64,000 bases of DNA from an uncultured Candidatus Saccharibacteria bacterium (GCA_964496425.1 CAZBZO010000004.1:23118-87117); one strand, 5' to 3'; shown: positions 53,313 through 62,987, counted from the stretch's first letter. Numbers and translations are program-made. Notes: generated by a model not told the origin, from the letters alone.

Positions 53313-53927
53313 TTATTTTTTGATAAGAGGCAAGATTGCATCTTCGAGCCGCTCGGCAATCTTGGCATAGCCGGCATCATTGGGATGAATAGCGTCAGAC
53401 ATATATGCACTGTTTCCAAGGAGACCACTTAAAATGTTAGGTATATACGACAAATCATAGTCTTTGGCAATCGAGGCATACATTGGCGCAAATGGGTCCG
53501 AAAGGACTCCGCCTCGCACACCCACCAAGACCACCACCGTACCATTGGCCTCAAGCTGACTGACAATGTTCCTGATATTTTCTTCCGTCGCCTCGATCGG
53601 TACTTTTTTGAGAAAGTCATTACCACCAACCAACAAAATGACAAGCCCTGGATCACGATCGAGCACCGCACTGATCCGGGCCAATGCATCAGCGGACGTG
53701 TCGCCGTTTTTCCCAAAATTTTCAATCGGTACGCCAAGACTCGCCCCGAGCACTGACACAAAGTCATGCCCCGGTGTCGCTCCGTAGCCCACCACCAAAC
53801 TATCGCCAAATGCCACGATCGTATTATTTTTTATTTCCGGCACCGGCTCTCCACCACACAAAAAGAAATATCCAGCCACTACGGCCAGTATCACCACCGC
53901 CCCAATTCCAATCCCCCACTTTTTCAT
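53313..53927 (-). CDS. SGNH/GDSL-family esterase, membrane-anchored
   Basis: FGDSL, G-x-NGDTS, GGND, DAIHPN. Confidence 0.92.
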   Translation of the reverse strand: MKKWGIGIGAVVILAVVAGYFFLCGGEPVPEIKNNTIVAFGDSLVVGYGATPGHDFVSVLGASLGVPIENFGKNGDTSADALARISAVLDRDPGLVILLVGGNDFLKKVPIEATEENIRNIVSQLEANGTVVVLVGVRGGVLSDPFAPMYASIAKDYDLSYIPNILSGLLGNSAYMSDAIHPNDAGYAKIAERLEDAILPLIKK

Positions 53928-54073
53928 GTTTATAGTATAACGCTAATCAATCACATAATCTTTACACCATTTCCCCACGAAACGCCTCGTTGACGTAGGC
54001 ACCTCCAAAAGATTAGATGATGAATGGTGGCTGACCCAATTCCTCAATCCTCCAACACTTTTTTAAAATAATT

Positions 54074-54523
54074 TTAGTGACTCGTAATATAGAGCGCCAA
54101 TAGCACTAGTCCACCCCACCAGCCAATATCGGAAAACACCAAACTTACCATAATCTTTCTCTGTAACGAATCCGGTAAAAGTTCCGTCTGTCGTCCTTCG
54201 CGTTCTCGCGCTAATAAAAAAGGACTTACATACAAAGACAAAAACAATCCGTTCAAAATCAAAATGCCTGCAATAATCGCGTGATAAAAAGGAATTCCGG
54301 AAAATGGTTCATTGCGATACAAAATAATTCCTCCGATGATGGCCAAGAAAATACCGATCCAGATCAGAGGTTTGGTAACTTTGTGTGTCCGTATTGTCGC
54401 TTCAGTCCAGTACGATGACTTTCTGCCAAGAAATCCGTGAATATCAATTACCGTCACGGCTCCGAGACCGATAATAAATCCAGCAATGAGGACAAATAAC
54501 CCAATGAAATCTAAAGTAATCAT
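54074..54523 (-). CDS. four-TM membrane protein
   Basis: Four hydrophobic helices; start overlaps the tspO stop. Confidence 0.75.
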   Translation of the reverse strand: MITLDFIGLFVLIAGFIIGLGAVTVIDIHGFLGRKSSYWTEATIRTHKVTKPLIWIGIFLAIIGGIILYRNEPFSGIPFYHAIIAGILILNGLFLSLYVSPFLLAREREGRQTELLPDSLQRKIMVSLVFSDIGWWGGLVLLALYITSH

Positions 54524-54927
54524 TATCTATTTAAATACGTAATAGTTAACTGCAAGCACGTAGCAAATGTTCCCCAGAGTAAATACGGGATGTTGGCGTA
54601 GACAACCCAGCGCAGTGTTGGTACAGCGTGCCAGAGACTATAGAGTGCCCAGATGAGTGTACCGAGGACGAGTAGTATATCGATGGATGCCAGAAGATTA
54701 TTTTTGAGCCCAAATTGTATCGGTGTGAAAGCGAAATTGAAAAGGAGGTTGAGCGCAAATGGTAGAGCCACGATCCAGGGAATCTGCTTGGTGAACGCTT
54801 GATAGAAGACGGTACCGAAAGAAATGGCGATAATCACATAGAGCACCGTCCACACCGGCCCAAAGAGCCAGCTTGGAGGCGCCCATGATGGTTTAATAAG
54901 TTGTGAGTACCAGTTGTATGTGGTCAT
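54523..54927 (-). CDS. tspO: TspO/MBR-family tryptophan-rich sensory protein
   Basis: WYSQLIKPSWAPPSWLFGPVWTVLY, PYLLWGTFA. Confidence 0.9.
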   Translation of the reverse strand: MTTYNWYSQLIKPSWAPPSWLFGPVWTVLYVIIAISFGTVFYQAFTKQIPWIVALPFALNLLFNFAFTPIQFGLKNNLLASIDILLVLGTLIWALYSLWHAVPTLRWVVYANIPYLLWGTFATCLQLTITYLNR

Positions 54928-54931
54928 GGGA

Positions 54932-55792
54932 TTATTCTAAGATTTTATAATTTGGTATTTTATAGTTTTCTTTTAACCAAAGAAAGTAATCATCGTTAGC
55001 TTTAGGATTTAAGTGTTTTAACAACTGCTTACCAACAGGAGAAAGTCCAAAGAATCCAGGCATACTAATTTTTAGTGTATTTACATCCTCTGGTGTAGTC
55101 GGTGAAAATAAAATGACTTTATCAAAGTAAACAGTCTTAAAATTTTTCTTCTCAGGATTTTCCATTGATTCGGTCATATCATTTGGCAAAAATAGTGCAA
55201 GACTTTGCAATAACTGAAGACTCCCAAAGTCCACTGCAAGTTCATTCATAAATCCTTTAGCATTTTCGGGTAAAGAAAATAAGTCTTGTGGTACCTGATA
55301 ACCATTTACTAATAAACTGCATATTTTTTCAAATAACTCCAGCTCACTTTTGCCAAGCATTTTAATAATTTGGAGCATGCTCATTGAGTAAGTGCCGGGC
55401 GCGTTATATTCTCCTGCAAGAATCTTTGCTATCAATTCTTGCATTTCGTCATTTGAAATTCCTTTGGCATGATCAAGAAACCCCCAAAAAACATCGTTAT
55501 CCATGCCGACCTCGCTAGGTTTTGAAGAATCAATATACTTTGTTGCTCTTGCTCCAATGTTTATTAGGTTTGTGTTTGACCTAAAAGCAGAAACATATTG
55601 AATAGCCAGACCTTTTTCTTTTGCATCGTCGTACCCATCAAGAATATGTTTTTTGATTACCCCACCCTGTGCATTCCATTCGCTTATTTTAAAACCAAGC
55701 AACTTATCAATCACTGTCGAAAATAATGGTGTGTTGGCTACTTTAGTGGAGTTTTCAATTGCAGTAGTAAGTGCTGTTGTTGGATCAATCAT
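54932..55792 (-). CDS. DUF2806-family protein
   Basis: F...AKGISNDEMQELIAKILAGEYNAPGTYS motif. Confidence 0.75.
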   Translation of the reverse strand: MIDPTTALTTAIENSTKVANTPLFSTVIDKLLGFKISEWNAQGGVIKKHILDGYDDAKEKGLAIQYVSAFRSNTNLINIGARATKYIDSSKPSEVGMDNDVFWGFLDHAKGISNDEMQELIAKILAGEYNAPGTYSMSMLQIIKMLGKSELELFEKICSLLVNGYQVPQDLFSLPENAKGFMNELAVDFGSLQLLQSLALFLPNDMTESMENPEKKNFKTVYFDKVILFSPTTPEDVNTLKISMPGFFGLSPVGKQLLKHLNPKANDDYFLWLKENYKIPNYKILE

Positions 55793-55796
55793 ATAT

Positions 55797-58175
55797 TTAT
55801 TTTTTCAAAAACCCTAATTCATATACTTGCGGTTCTAGTTTTTCAGAAAGTTTTTTATATACATTTTCAAAATCAACAAAGCTAACTTTTGTAAAATCAC
55901 CACTGTCATTTCTTTTCTTGAGTGCATTCCTTATTTGATACCATCCCACATCTGGTCGATTTAATTTTAATTCATCTCTCACGCTACGTTCATCAGTATG
56001 TGCGAAATATGATTGCCACAACTTCTTACCTTCTTCGAGTGCAGCACGAGCTTCTGCGGAAAATTCTTTTCCCTGCATATACTCAACCATAAAGTTGGAC
56101 TCGAAACGGTCAGGAGCTCCAACTTCTTCTTCAGTAAATGGTATAAAATGATTTACAATTGACCACTTCTTATCATTCCACTCCAAATCATTAGCACTCG
56201 CTGTTAGATTGCTTCCATTAAATAGCATCCAAATCAAACAATCATTTTTGAATTCGTCAGTAAGTTCGCCAGTTGGTTGTAAAAATTGATCACGATCATT
56301 TTGCCATGTAGGTTTAACAATACGGCGCACGGTTAGAATGATTGCAGTTTTTAATAAGTTGTCTGCATTTACGTAAAAACCATCGCCCTGGCTGTATACA
56401 GACGAAAACAGCACTGTCTGGTTTACATTTTGCATGTCACTTGCTTTAACCCAAAAGTAGCCTATCGCACCGTCGGACCATTTTGACAACCGCACTTTAC
56501 TTGTAGTGGGAGTAACCGCTGATTTTAGGGGGACAACTTCAGTGTCATTAGGTTTTGGTCGTTGCACCCAAAGATTTAAGTAAGTTGATGACGGTAAATT
56601 ATAGAATACTTTCTCTCCAATTGGACGCGCCTCTTTATCAAGAACATCAACTGTTATTTTTGAGATTTGACTGAGATGTCCATCACCATGGCTTGTTCGC
56701 CATACAAGAAAACCAATTGGGAAGTTACCCTTCAGGCCTTCAAAAGATTTACTGTGAACAATGAAACCGCCAAGATAGTCAGCATCCCATTGCTTACGAA
56801 ATTCCTCAAAATTAGGAGCATTTACATATTTCAGCTTACTAAACATTGCAAGAGTTGCCTGTGGTATTTCTTTTGCAATTCGAGTAGCAAACTGAGTAAA
56901 CAATTCTTGGCTTGCTTTACCATACCCAGTCATACCAACCTCTCCATACTTAGTTTTTGCAACATTATCTTTACCTTCTTTACCAAGCGTACTTCCTGCT
57001 TCCGCATAAGGTGGATTAATCAGCACCAAAATTTTCTTTCCACTCTTTATTACCTGCTGTAGTGCTTCTGGGATTTTATTCGTTATGCTGTAGTCAATTT
57101 TTCCGTCATCAGTGATGTCATCGTTGAGATAGTCGTATTGAAATTTTGTAGCTGCAACACATGTCTTGGTAGCACGCATAACATTAATATCTGGAGCATC
57201 AAGCGTGCTCATATAAATATTGCGCGGATTCGAATGCTTTACTTCAAGGTTTCCTACACCACAGCACATATCCCAAACTATGTATTCTTGTTGCCAATTG
57301 TCTCCCAATACTTCAGTGAGTTTGTCATATGCCTTATCTACCACATGAAGAGGTGTATAGTATGCCCCCTTAAAACTTCGTTCATCAACTGGAATCAAAC
57401 TATCACGTCGTTCAAGTAGATAGTCACGATATTCCTGTTTTGGTGGCTTGTCATAGATTGCCCAAAACTTCCGATACCCCTCTTTGTTTCCTAATTCATA
57501 AATAACCCCTCCAAGAGCAAATACGGCTGCCCCATTTTTATGCAACAACTCAGCGGGAAGATTTTGATGAGTAGACACCGTACCGTCATGCATAATATCA
57601 GCAAAGAAAAGGAGGGCATAATCTTCAGGATTTACACCCTTTATTTCTTGTCCGATCATTGCAACCCACTTATCAAAAACTTGCTTCAGATTATCTGGAG
57701 TAATTTGTGTACGAACTATATCTCCTGTTTTGATAGCACTTTTTATGGCCGCTAGAAATTCTTTTTCGTGTGTAGAAATCTTATAAGAGACGAAATGCGC
57801 ACCAATGTATGCGGAAACAATATCAAGAGCTTCTTGGGTATAGCTACTCGCAGATTTACCCCATTTTATAATTTTCTTTTCAAGCAATGGAAGAGCATCT
57901 TCAGTCTTCATAATTGCAGCTTTTTCAGTATCAATGACACACAGAAAAGGTGGAATTTTTTCTCCTCGATCAAGGGCAGCTTGAATGTAATGCAAAAGCT
58001 GTGTGAACATTTCATATGTTGTGGTATTGCTTTTATCTTTTGCTTCAAACCATACTTCATCCGTTTGGATGTCAATCAGGTTTTTATGAAAACCTTTAAG
58101 ACCAATGGCTTTAATATAAGCGTCTTTGACGTCTTCCTCACTTTTTGCTTTCTTTAATGTTTCGTAGAGAGTCAT
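55797..58175 (-). CDS. Type IIG-like restriction-modification enzyme (PD-(D/E)XK nuclease plus N6-adenine methyltransferase)
   Basis: N-terminal SEEDV...ID...FEAK; GAYYTP; motif I WDMCCGVGNL; motif IV NPPY; long C-terminal putative specificity region. Confidence 0.75.
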   Translation of the reverse strand: MTLYETLKKAKSEEDVKDAYIKAIGLKGFHKNLIDIQTDEVWFEAKDKSNTTTYEMFTQLLHYIQAALDRGEKIPPFLCVIDTEKAAIMKTEDALPLLEKKIIKWGKSASSYTQEALDIVSAYIGAHFVSYKISTHEKEFLAAIKSAIKTGDIVRTQITPDNLKQVFDKWVAMIGQEIKGVNPEDYALLFFADIMHDGTVSTHQNLPAELLHKNGAAVFALGGVIYELGNKEGYRKFWAIYDKPPKQEYRDYLLERRDSLIPVDERSFKGAYYTPLHVVDKAYDKLTEVLGDNWQQEYIVWDMCCGVGNLEVKHSNPRNIYMSTLDAPDINVMRATKTCVAATKFQYDYLNDDITDDGKIDYSITNKIPEALQQVIKSGKKILVLINPPYAEAGSTLGKEGKDNVAKTKYGEVGMTGYGKASQELFTQFATRIAKEIPQATLAMFSKLKYVNAPNFEEFRKQWDADYLGGFIVHSKSFEGLKGNFPIGFLVWRTSHGDGHLSQISKITVDVLDKEARPIGEKVFYNLPSSTYLNLWVQRPKPNDTEVVPLKSAVTPTTSKVRLSKWSDGAIGYFWVKASDMQNVNQTVLFSSVYSQGDGFYVNADNLLKTAIILTVRRIVKPTWQNDRDQFLQPTGELTDEFKNDCLIWMLFNGSNLTASANDLEWNDKKWSIVNHFIPFTEEEVGAPDRFESNFMVEYMQGKEFSAEARAALEEGKKLWQSYFAHTDERSVRDELKLNRPDVGWYQIRNALKKRNDSGDFTKVSFVDFENVYKKLSEKLEPQVYELGFLKK

Positions 58176-58284
58176 ACATTTATAATTTGATGGCTGAATA
58201 AGTTTTTCCAAAATCGTGCGACAATATTAGTCGAAAAATACCACATTTTAAAGGTTTTTTCAAGACAACAGACTATTACTTTAC

Positions 58285-58313
58285 TTGACTTTTGGGCATA
58301 TTTGTGCTATTAT
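58285..58313 (+). promoter_or_regulatory. sigma70-type promoter
   Basis: TTGACT-17 nt-TATTAT with extended -10 TG. Confidence 0.7.
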
Positions 58314-58322
58314 ATAAGAGAA

Positions 58323-58370
58323 AGGTTAGAAAACGCCTGGGCTTTAAGGAGCCTACACGTTTTCTAACCT
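58323..58370. repeat. long hairpin / palindromic element in a 5' leader
   Basis: AGGTTAGAAAACG...GGCT-TTAAGG-AGCC...CGTTTTCTAACCT. Confidence 0.75.
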
Positions 58371-58385
58371 AAACCCTTTCTTTTC

Positions 58386-58625
58386 ATGAGACCATTCTTT
58401 CACCTTTTCATGACGAATCACAGGTGGTTCGTAGGAACATTATTTGTCTTGTTTATTTTATTTTTGTTTTTCTGGGTAGCATTCTTCCCTTCTTCCTTAC
58501 AGGAATCATGGAACCGATTTATGCTCCTTTTGCAAAATATTTTATATGCGACATTAGCAGCAGGAGTGATAGTTGGTATTTGGAGATGGATTCTATTTCC
58601 TAAGGGAAAGAAAAATCCGCATTAG
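58386..58625 (+). CDS. small two-TM membrane protein
   Basis: Two hydrophobic helices and a basic tail; has its own promoter and terminator. Confidence 0.7.
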   Translation: MRPFFHLFMTNHRWFVGTLFVLFILFLFFWVAFFPSSLQESWNRFMLLLQNILYATLAAGVIVGIWRWILFPKGKKNPH

Positions 58626-58644
58626 CACAAAAAAAATTGTGCTC

Positions 58645-58677
58645 AAAGGATTCTGTTAATTAATAACGGAATCCTTT
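58645..58677. terminator. bidirectional terminator
   Basis: AAAGGATTCTGTTA...TAACGGAATCCTTT. Confidence 0.7.
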
Positions 58678-58702
58678 TTCTTTTTACTTTACTTCAAAAA
58701 TA

Positions 58703-59638
58703 TTAGAGCGAAGGGCACACTGTTGCACCTTCAGCAAGGGCACTTTGCACTTCCCCTTTGAACTCTGTACTATCCACGCAGTAATACGTGCCGGTACTGA
58801 GCGCCGCTTGTGCTGCATAACTTTCTTTTGCGTCAAAGCAGACTGGTTCAATACCATTTGTATTTTTCACCTCAGCAAGCAAGGTCAAAGCATTTACATC
58901 ACTGCAGAAACCTTCATAGTTCGCCGTATCATCTTGGCTTGTAGTCATAGAATATATTTCCGCTTGAGCACGCATACTCATAAGTGTCGCTTCGGCGCGA
59001 GCATCTCCGGCCTTCGTGCGAGCACTAGAAAGCGAAGCCAGTACAATCGCCGAGAGAATACCGATAAAAACCATCACAAAGAAGACGATGATTATGATGA
59101 CCACTAGATTCTTTGCCTTCACTTTTTTCACTTCTGCCATATTAATGTTTTGCACATCTGCCGCAGAATATTCGCGCGGAACCACGATAGTGCCAGAGAG
59201 TGAGTCATGCCAGCCCATGGGATAGGCTCCGAATAAATACGAAAATGGTTCAAATGGAATGAGCCGAGCGAATGAACGACCAAGTATCTGACTGAAAGTA
59301 GGCTTCCCACCGTCGAGTCGGACCACCTTTGTCTTGCTGGCAAGCTTGCCAGGAGTTTTCTGCCATATCAATTCACAAAAGACATAAAAGGCGGTTGAGA
59401 AAAGCATACTGATTATTACTTGCGGACCCTTGGAAATGACTGGCTGTATTAGGGCCATCACGATCAGAAGGAGTACAAAAATTACGATCCGATCGAGAAT
59501 ATAGTTCACCAATCGCTGACTGGTTGTAGCAGGCGCCTTGCTGATGGCTGCATCAAACGGCTTCGCCATCACTGCGCCACATTTACCACAACTCGCCGCT
59601 CCTTCCGACAGTTCAGTTCCACATTTTTGACAATACAT
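58703..59638 (-). CDS. zinc-ribbon + RDD membrane domain + type IV pilin-like domain fusion
   Basis: MYCQKCG...CGKCG; RLVNYILD, TPGK, RSFAR, WHDSLSGT (RDD); GILSAIVLASLSSARTKAGDA...RAQAEIY...C...C...YYCVDS (pilin-like). Confidence 0.8.
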   Translation of the reverse strand: MYCQKCGTELSEGAASCGKCGAVMAKPFDAAISKAPATTSQRLVNYILDRIVIFVLLLIVMALIQPVISKGPQVIISMLFSTAFYVFCELIWQKTPGKLASKTKVVRLDGGKPTFSQILGRSFARLIPFEPFSYLFGAYPMGWHDSLSGTIVVPREYSAADVQNINMAEVKKVKAKNLVVIIIIVFFVMVFIGILSAIVLASLSSARTKAGDARAEATLMSMRAQAEIYSMTTSQDDTANYEGFCSDVNALTLLAEVKNTNGIEPVCFDAKESYAAQAALSTGTYYCVDSTEFKGEVQSALAEGATVCPSL

Positions 59639-59738
59639 ATATATAGTTAGTTTTACCTATCGGATTTCGATACTCCGATTTAATAATCTCTACGATAAGG
59701 ATCCCATACTTTTATGGTTTTTTCAAGCCGTAGAAACG

Positions 59739-59766
59739 ACAAAAAACTCCCGGAGGAGTTTTTTGT
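59739..59766. terminator. intrinsic terminator
   Basis: ACAAAAAACTCC-CGGA-GGAGTTTTTTGT. Confidence 0.8.
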
Positions 59767-59784
59767 GCGGAGGGTTGTGGTGGT

Positions 59785-60705
59785 TTATAAGGTCGTTGTA
59801 AACGTGCCATCAACACCCATACCAATGTCACCTTCAGCATCTGTTGAGCTGACGACGAAGTGGTAAAGCGTTTCAGCTGAGAGCCCACTTACGGCTACTG
59901 AGTGCTCAGTCACCAGAGCGGCATCTGAGGCAGTGCTACCGTAAGATTCATCAAGGCCAAAGGAAACCATAGAGTCGGAGGCAACGTCTGTACTCCATGT
60001 AATCGTAGCGCTTGTATTAGCAATATCTATTACTTGTACATTGGAAACGATTGGAAGAACAGCTGCTGTTTCGCCGAAACTATAGTCCTCTGACATAGCT
60101 TCATTGCCACCAAGATCTTTGGCAATGATTTGGTAATGATACTCGGTATCAGCACTCAAACCTGAAAGCGTAACATGGTGGTATGTGCTGTAGACTACCT
60201 TACCTTTGGTAGTGCCGTATGATTCGTCTGTACCATACATGAGCTTTGTCCAAGTAAGCTCATCGGTGTACCAGCTAATCATCACTGTGCCATCTTCGTT
60301 TTCTGTTACCATGACATCAGAAATAACTGGCAAAGTAGTGTCATTAGCGGCATCTGCCATATACGCATCAAGCTCTTCTTGGGTAAGATCTACACAATCA
60401 GCAGCCTTGTTTGGAAGGGCGCGCTTGAAGAAGATATAGACGCTACCATCGGGATCAGTACAGCCGACGAGTGTTTGATTGTCGTTGAGGAGATTTTGCT
60501 CATCGAGCGAAATTCCTTCTTGATTGTTAGTGTTAGCGAGAAATGCTGCACCACTCGTGCCAAGCGTAGTAGAGAGTGAAGCATTTTTTTGTGATTGACG
60601 CGCTGCCTCTGGTGCTCGCTCCCGCGCATCAGCTTGTCGGACGACAGCAAATGTTGGTGCGATCAAAAGTGCTAAAGCTAAAAATAATGATGTAAATTTT
60701 TTCAT
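59785..60705 (-). CDS. secreted acidic protein with two FN3 / purple-acid-phosphatase-N-type domains
   Basis: Signal peptide; two repeats of ISW.TD....YG...SYG...H.V..SGL..T.YH. Confidence 0.85.
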   Translation of the reverse strand: MKKFTSLFLALALLIAPTFAVVRQADARERAPEAARQSQKNASLSTTLGTSGAAFLANTNNQEGISLDEQNLLNDNQTLVGCTDPDGSVYIFFKRALPNKAADCVDLTQEELDAYMADAANDTTLPVISDVMVTENEDGTVMISWYTDELTWTKLMYGTDESYGTTKGKVVYSTYHHVTLSGLSADTEYHYQIIAKDLGGNEAMSEDYSFGETAAVLPIVSNVQVIDIANTSATITWSTDVASDSMVSFGLDESYGSTASDAALVTEHSVAVSGLSAETLYHFVVSSTDAEGDIGMGVDGTFTTTL

Positions 60706-60942
60706 ATATAATTGTGTAAATACAGTCTGCGCTTACGAAATCCTTTTATAGTCTTTATAATAATGAAATTTCATATGCGTATACTGCATATAGATAAATT
60801 AATAATACCAACCCTCACACTAGTCGTAACGCATCACGATGGAATTCGTTACACACTTATCGACATTGGAGGACAGAATTCGGCTCGGGGCAAGGGAAAG
60901 CTGTCACACTCCATACTCTTCATACGGTATACCTCTATAGCG

Positions 60943-60982
60943 AAAGACCGCTACGACACTTTTGATTGTTCGAGCGGTCTTT
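60943..60982. terminator. terminator-like hairpin after the CNNM gene
   Basis: AAAGACCGCT...AGCGGTCTTT. Confidence 0.6.
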
Positions 60983-60992
60983 GCCGTTTATA

Positions 60993-61979
60993 CTACGTAT
61001 TCAAATCTGTCTCATCTTCTATTTCCCCCACCAATTGCTCCAAAATATCTTCCAAGGTCACCAATCCGATCACAGTGTGAGTATCATCTTTGGCATGCAC
61101 CAAATACATATGTGCTTGTCGGCGATTCATGGCTCGAAACGCTCGTTCCAAAGAAACACTTTCATCAATACGCGCGATTGGTCGTACAAATCCGACTACC
61201 GGCTCGCCACGCTGATCGGAATTTAAAATTTTCATAATCGTATTGGCGTGAATGTAGCCAATAATATTGTCTTCACTGCCCTGATAGACCGGATAGCGGG
61301 AATGTTCTGTCTCGCCGATATAGTGAGCGATTTGATCGACGGGTACGGCGCCGTCGACAAAGTAGACTCGCGGCAAGGGCGTCATGATTGAGCCGACAGT
61401 AATATCATCAAATTTAAAAATATTTTCGATCAACGTATGCTCGTCGTAGCCGATGCCGCCGAACTCCGCACTCATACGCGACATGATTCGTACTTCTTCT
61501 TCGCTGATATGCCCTGAGTGAACGACGCCAAACATTTTATTGACTTGCGTATTGAAGGCCACGAGCGCCCAGGTGATGGGCCAGGACACAATACTAAAAA
61601 TATAAAGCGGCCAAGCAAAAACTTGCGCCACGGCGATATTTTTGGCAAAGGCAATAGACTTGGGGATAATTTCACCGAGGATAAGGATGACAACAGTGGT
61701 GATACCAGTCACCACGCCGAGACTAATCGAGGAAGTAGCCCTGACCGCTACCGCGGCAGCATATGAGCCAGCTGAAAGCACAACAATGTTGCTGCCTAAA
61801 AGAATAGTGATAAGGAGGCGCTCCGGATCGCTTCGTAAGCGATCGATCAGCTTGGCATTCCAAGCATTTTCCTGCTTGAGAAGCCTGATCCGTGAGGCAT
61901 GGAGACTCATAAAGGCTGTTTCAGAAGCCGAGAAAAAGGCAGTGAGGGCAATGAGTATGATAAAAATAATTATTTCCAC
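60993..61979 (-). CDS. CNNM/hemolysin-family (DUF21 + CBS pair) membrane protein
   Basis: AFFSASETAF, LLITILLG, GEIIPKS, IMTP, HSRYPVY, GLVTLEDILEQLVGEIEDE; GTG start. Confidence 0.92.
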   Translation of the reverse strand: MEIIIFIILIALTAFFSASETAFMSLHASRIRLLKQENAWNAKLIDRLRSDPERLLITILLGSNIVVLSAGSYAAAVAVRATSSISLGVVTGITTVVILILGEIIPKSIAFAKNIAVAQVFAWPLYIFSIVSWPITWALVAFNTQVNKMFGVVHSGHISEEEVRIMSRMSAEFGGIGYDEHTLIENIFKFDDITVGSIMTPLPRVYFVDGAVPVDQIAHYIGETEHSRYPVYQGSEDNIIGYIHANTIMKILNSDQRGEPVVGFVRPIARIDESVSLERAFRAMNRRQAHMYLVHAKDDTHTVIGLVTLEDILEQLVGEIEDETDLNT

Positions 61980-62064
61980 AGATTGATTATACGGTATTTG
62001 AGATTTAAACGCATAGCACTTTAGAATACCCTCTATGACAATACTAGAGTGGTATAATAAAATT

Positions 62065-62619
62065 ATGAGTGAATTCAAACCGCCGCAACCAAATAATCAA
62101 GATAATTTCAAGTCTCAGCAAGAACAATCAGACATAAAAATGGAAGTTGCTAAACCAGAAAATTGGGAAGCATATAAGGAACTCCGCCTTTTGGCAATTG
62201 GAAAAACAAAATCTGGACCCGATGATGAACAAATTATAGAGGAAGAAGCAAGGAGTAAGGAAGAATGGCAAAAGGATTTATCTGGTGAAAATAAATTTCT
62301 TATGCTGTCTTGGAATGGCACCGAGGCAATTGGAATGGGCCTTGCAGAAGAAAAAGATGAGAAAGGGGTTTGGAAGATGTGGTCTGGTTATGTAAAGCCA
62401 GAATTTCGTGGAGGTGTTGGAAAAAGAATGTTTGAAGCCCGTTTGAATGAGATACGACGGCGAGGCGGTAAAAAAGTAACGCTCTATGTAAAAAGCGAAA
62501 ATAAAAGATCTATCCATATCGCCGAATCATTTGGTTTTAAAAAAATGGGTACAGGAGCATCCAAGGACTTATATCTCTTGCAACTAGATTTAACTACTCC
62601 TCGGGAGGCCATTAAATAA
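62065..62619 (+). CDS. GNAT-family acetyltransferase
   Basis: YVKPEFRGGVGK, TLYVKSENKRSIHIAESFGF. Confidence 0.85.
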   Translation: MSEFKPPQPNNQDNFKSQQEQSDIKMEVAKPENWEAYKELRLLAIGKTKSGPDDEQIIEEEARSKEEWQKDLSGENKFLMLSWNGTEAIGMGLAEEKDEKGVWKMWSGYVKPEFRGGVGKRMFEARLNEIRRRGGKKVTLYVKSENKRSIHIAESFGFKKMGTGASKDLYLLQLDLTTPREAIK

Positions 62620-62630
62620 CTGATTAACCG

Positions 62631-62661
62631 AATCCTGCCTTCACTTGGCAAGGCGGATTTT
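62631..62661 (+). terminator. terminator after the GNAT gene
   Basis: AATCC(T)GCCTT...AAGGCGGATT followed by TT. Confidence 0.55.
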
Positions 62662-62878
62662 ATCACGCCGTAGCCTTGCTCCAGCATGGCGGGCCGTGTG
62701 AGTTAAGTACTCAAGCTCTCAACCCTTATAAGGCGCTATTCTAGTACTTTTATCGGTGTCTCGCTAAAGCATATGACCACTATATCCTTTATTAAAATAA
62801 GGGCCATCTACCAAGAACGAGACAAATGAGACACTTATTGACCAAGATTAAAAGAGAAGTTTTTAAGGCTAACTGACA

Positions 62879-62907
62879 TTGACTTTTCTTATTTTTTATG
62901 GTAGTTT
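62879..62907 (+). promoter_or_regulatory. sigma70-type promoter of the SF2 helicase gene
   Basis: TTGACT-17 nt-TAGTTT with extended -10 TG. Confidence 0.6.
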
Positions 62908-62987
62908 ATGGGTAACTTATTATGTTTTAGTGACCTAATTTCCTTTTGTGAATTAAAGGGTGATTTGGTAACTAAAACATAATAACT

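Noticed and set aside
58323-58370. Possible integron attC site
   Set aside because: The arms are in the order GTTAGAA...TTCTAAC, the reverse of RYYYAAC...GTTRRRY, and no integrase or cassette array is present.
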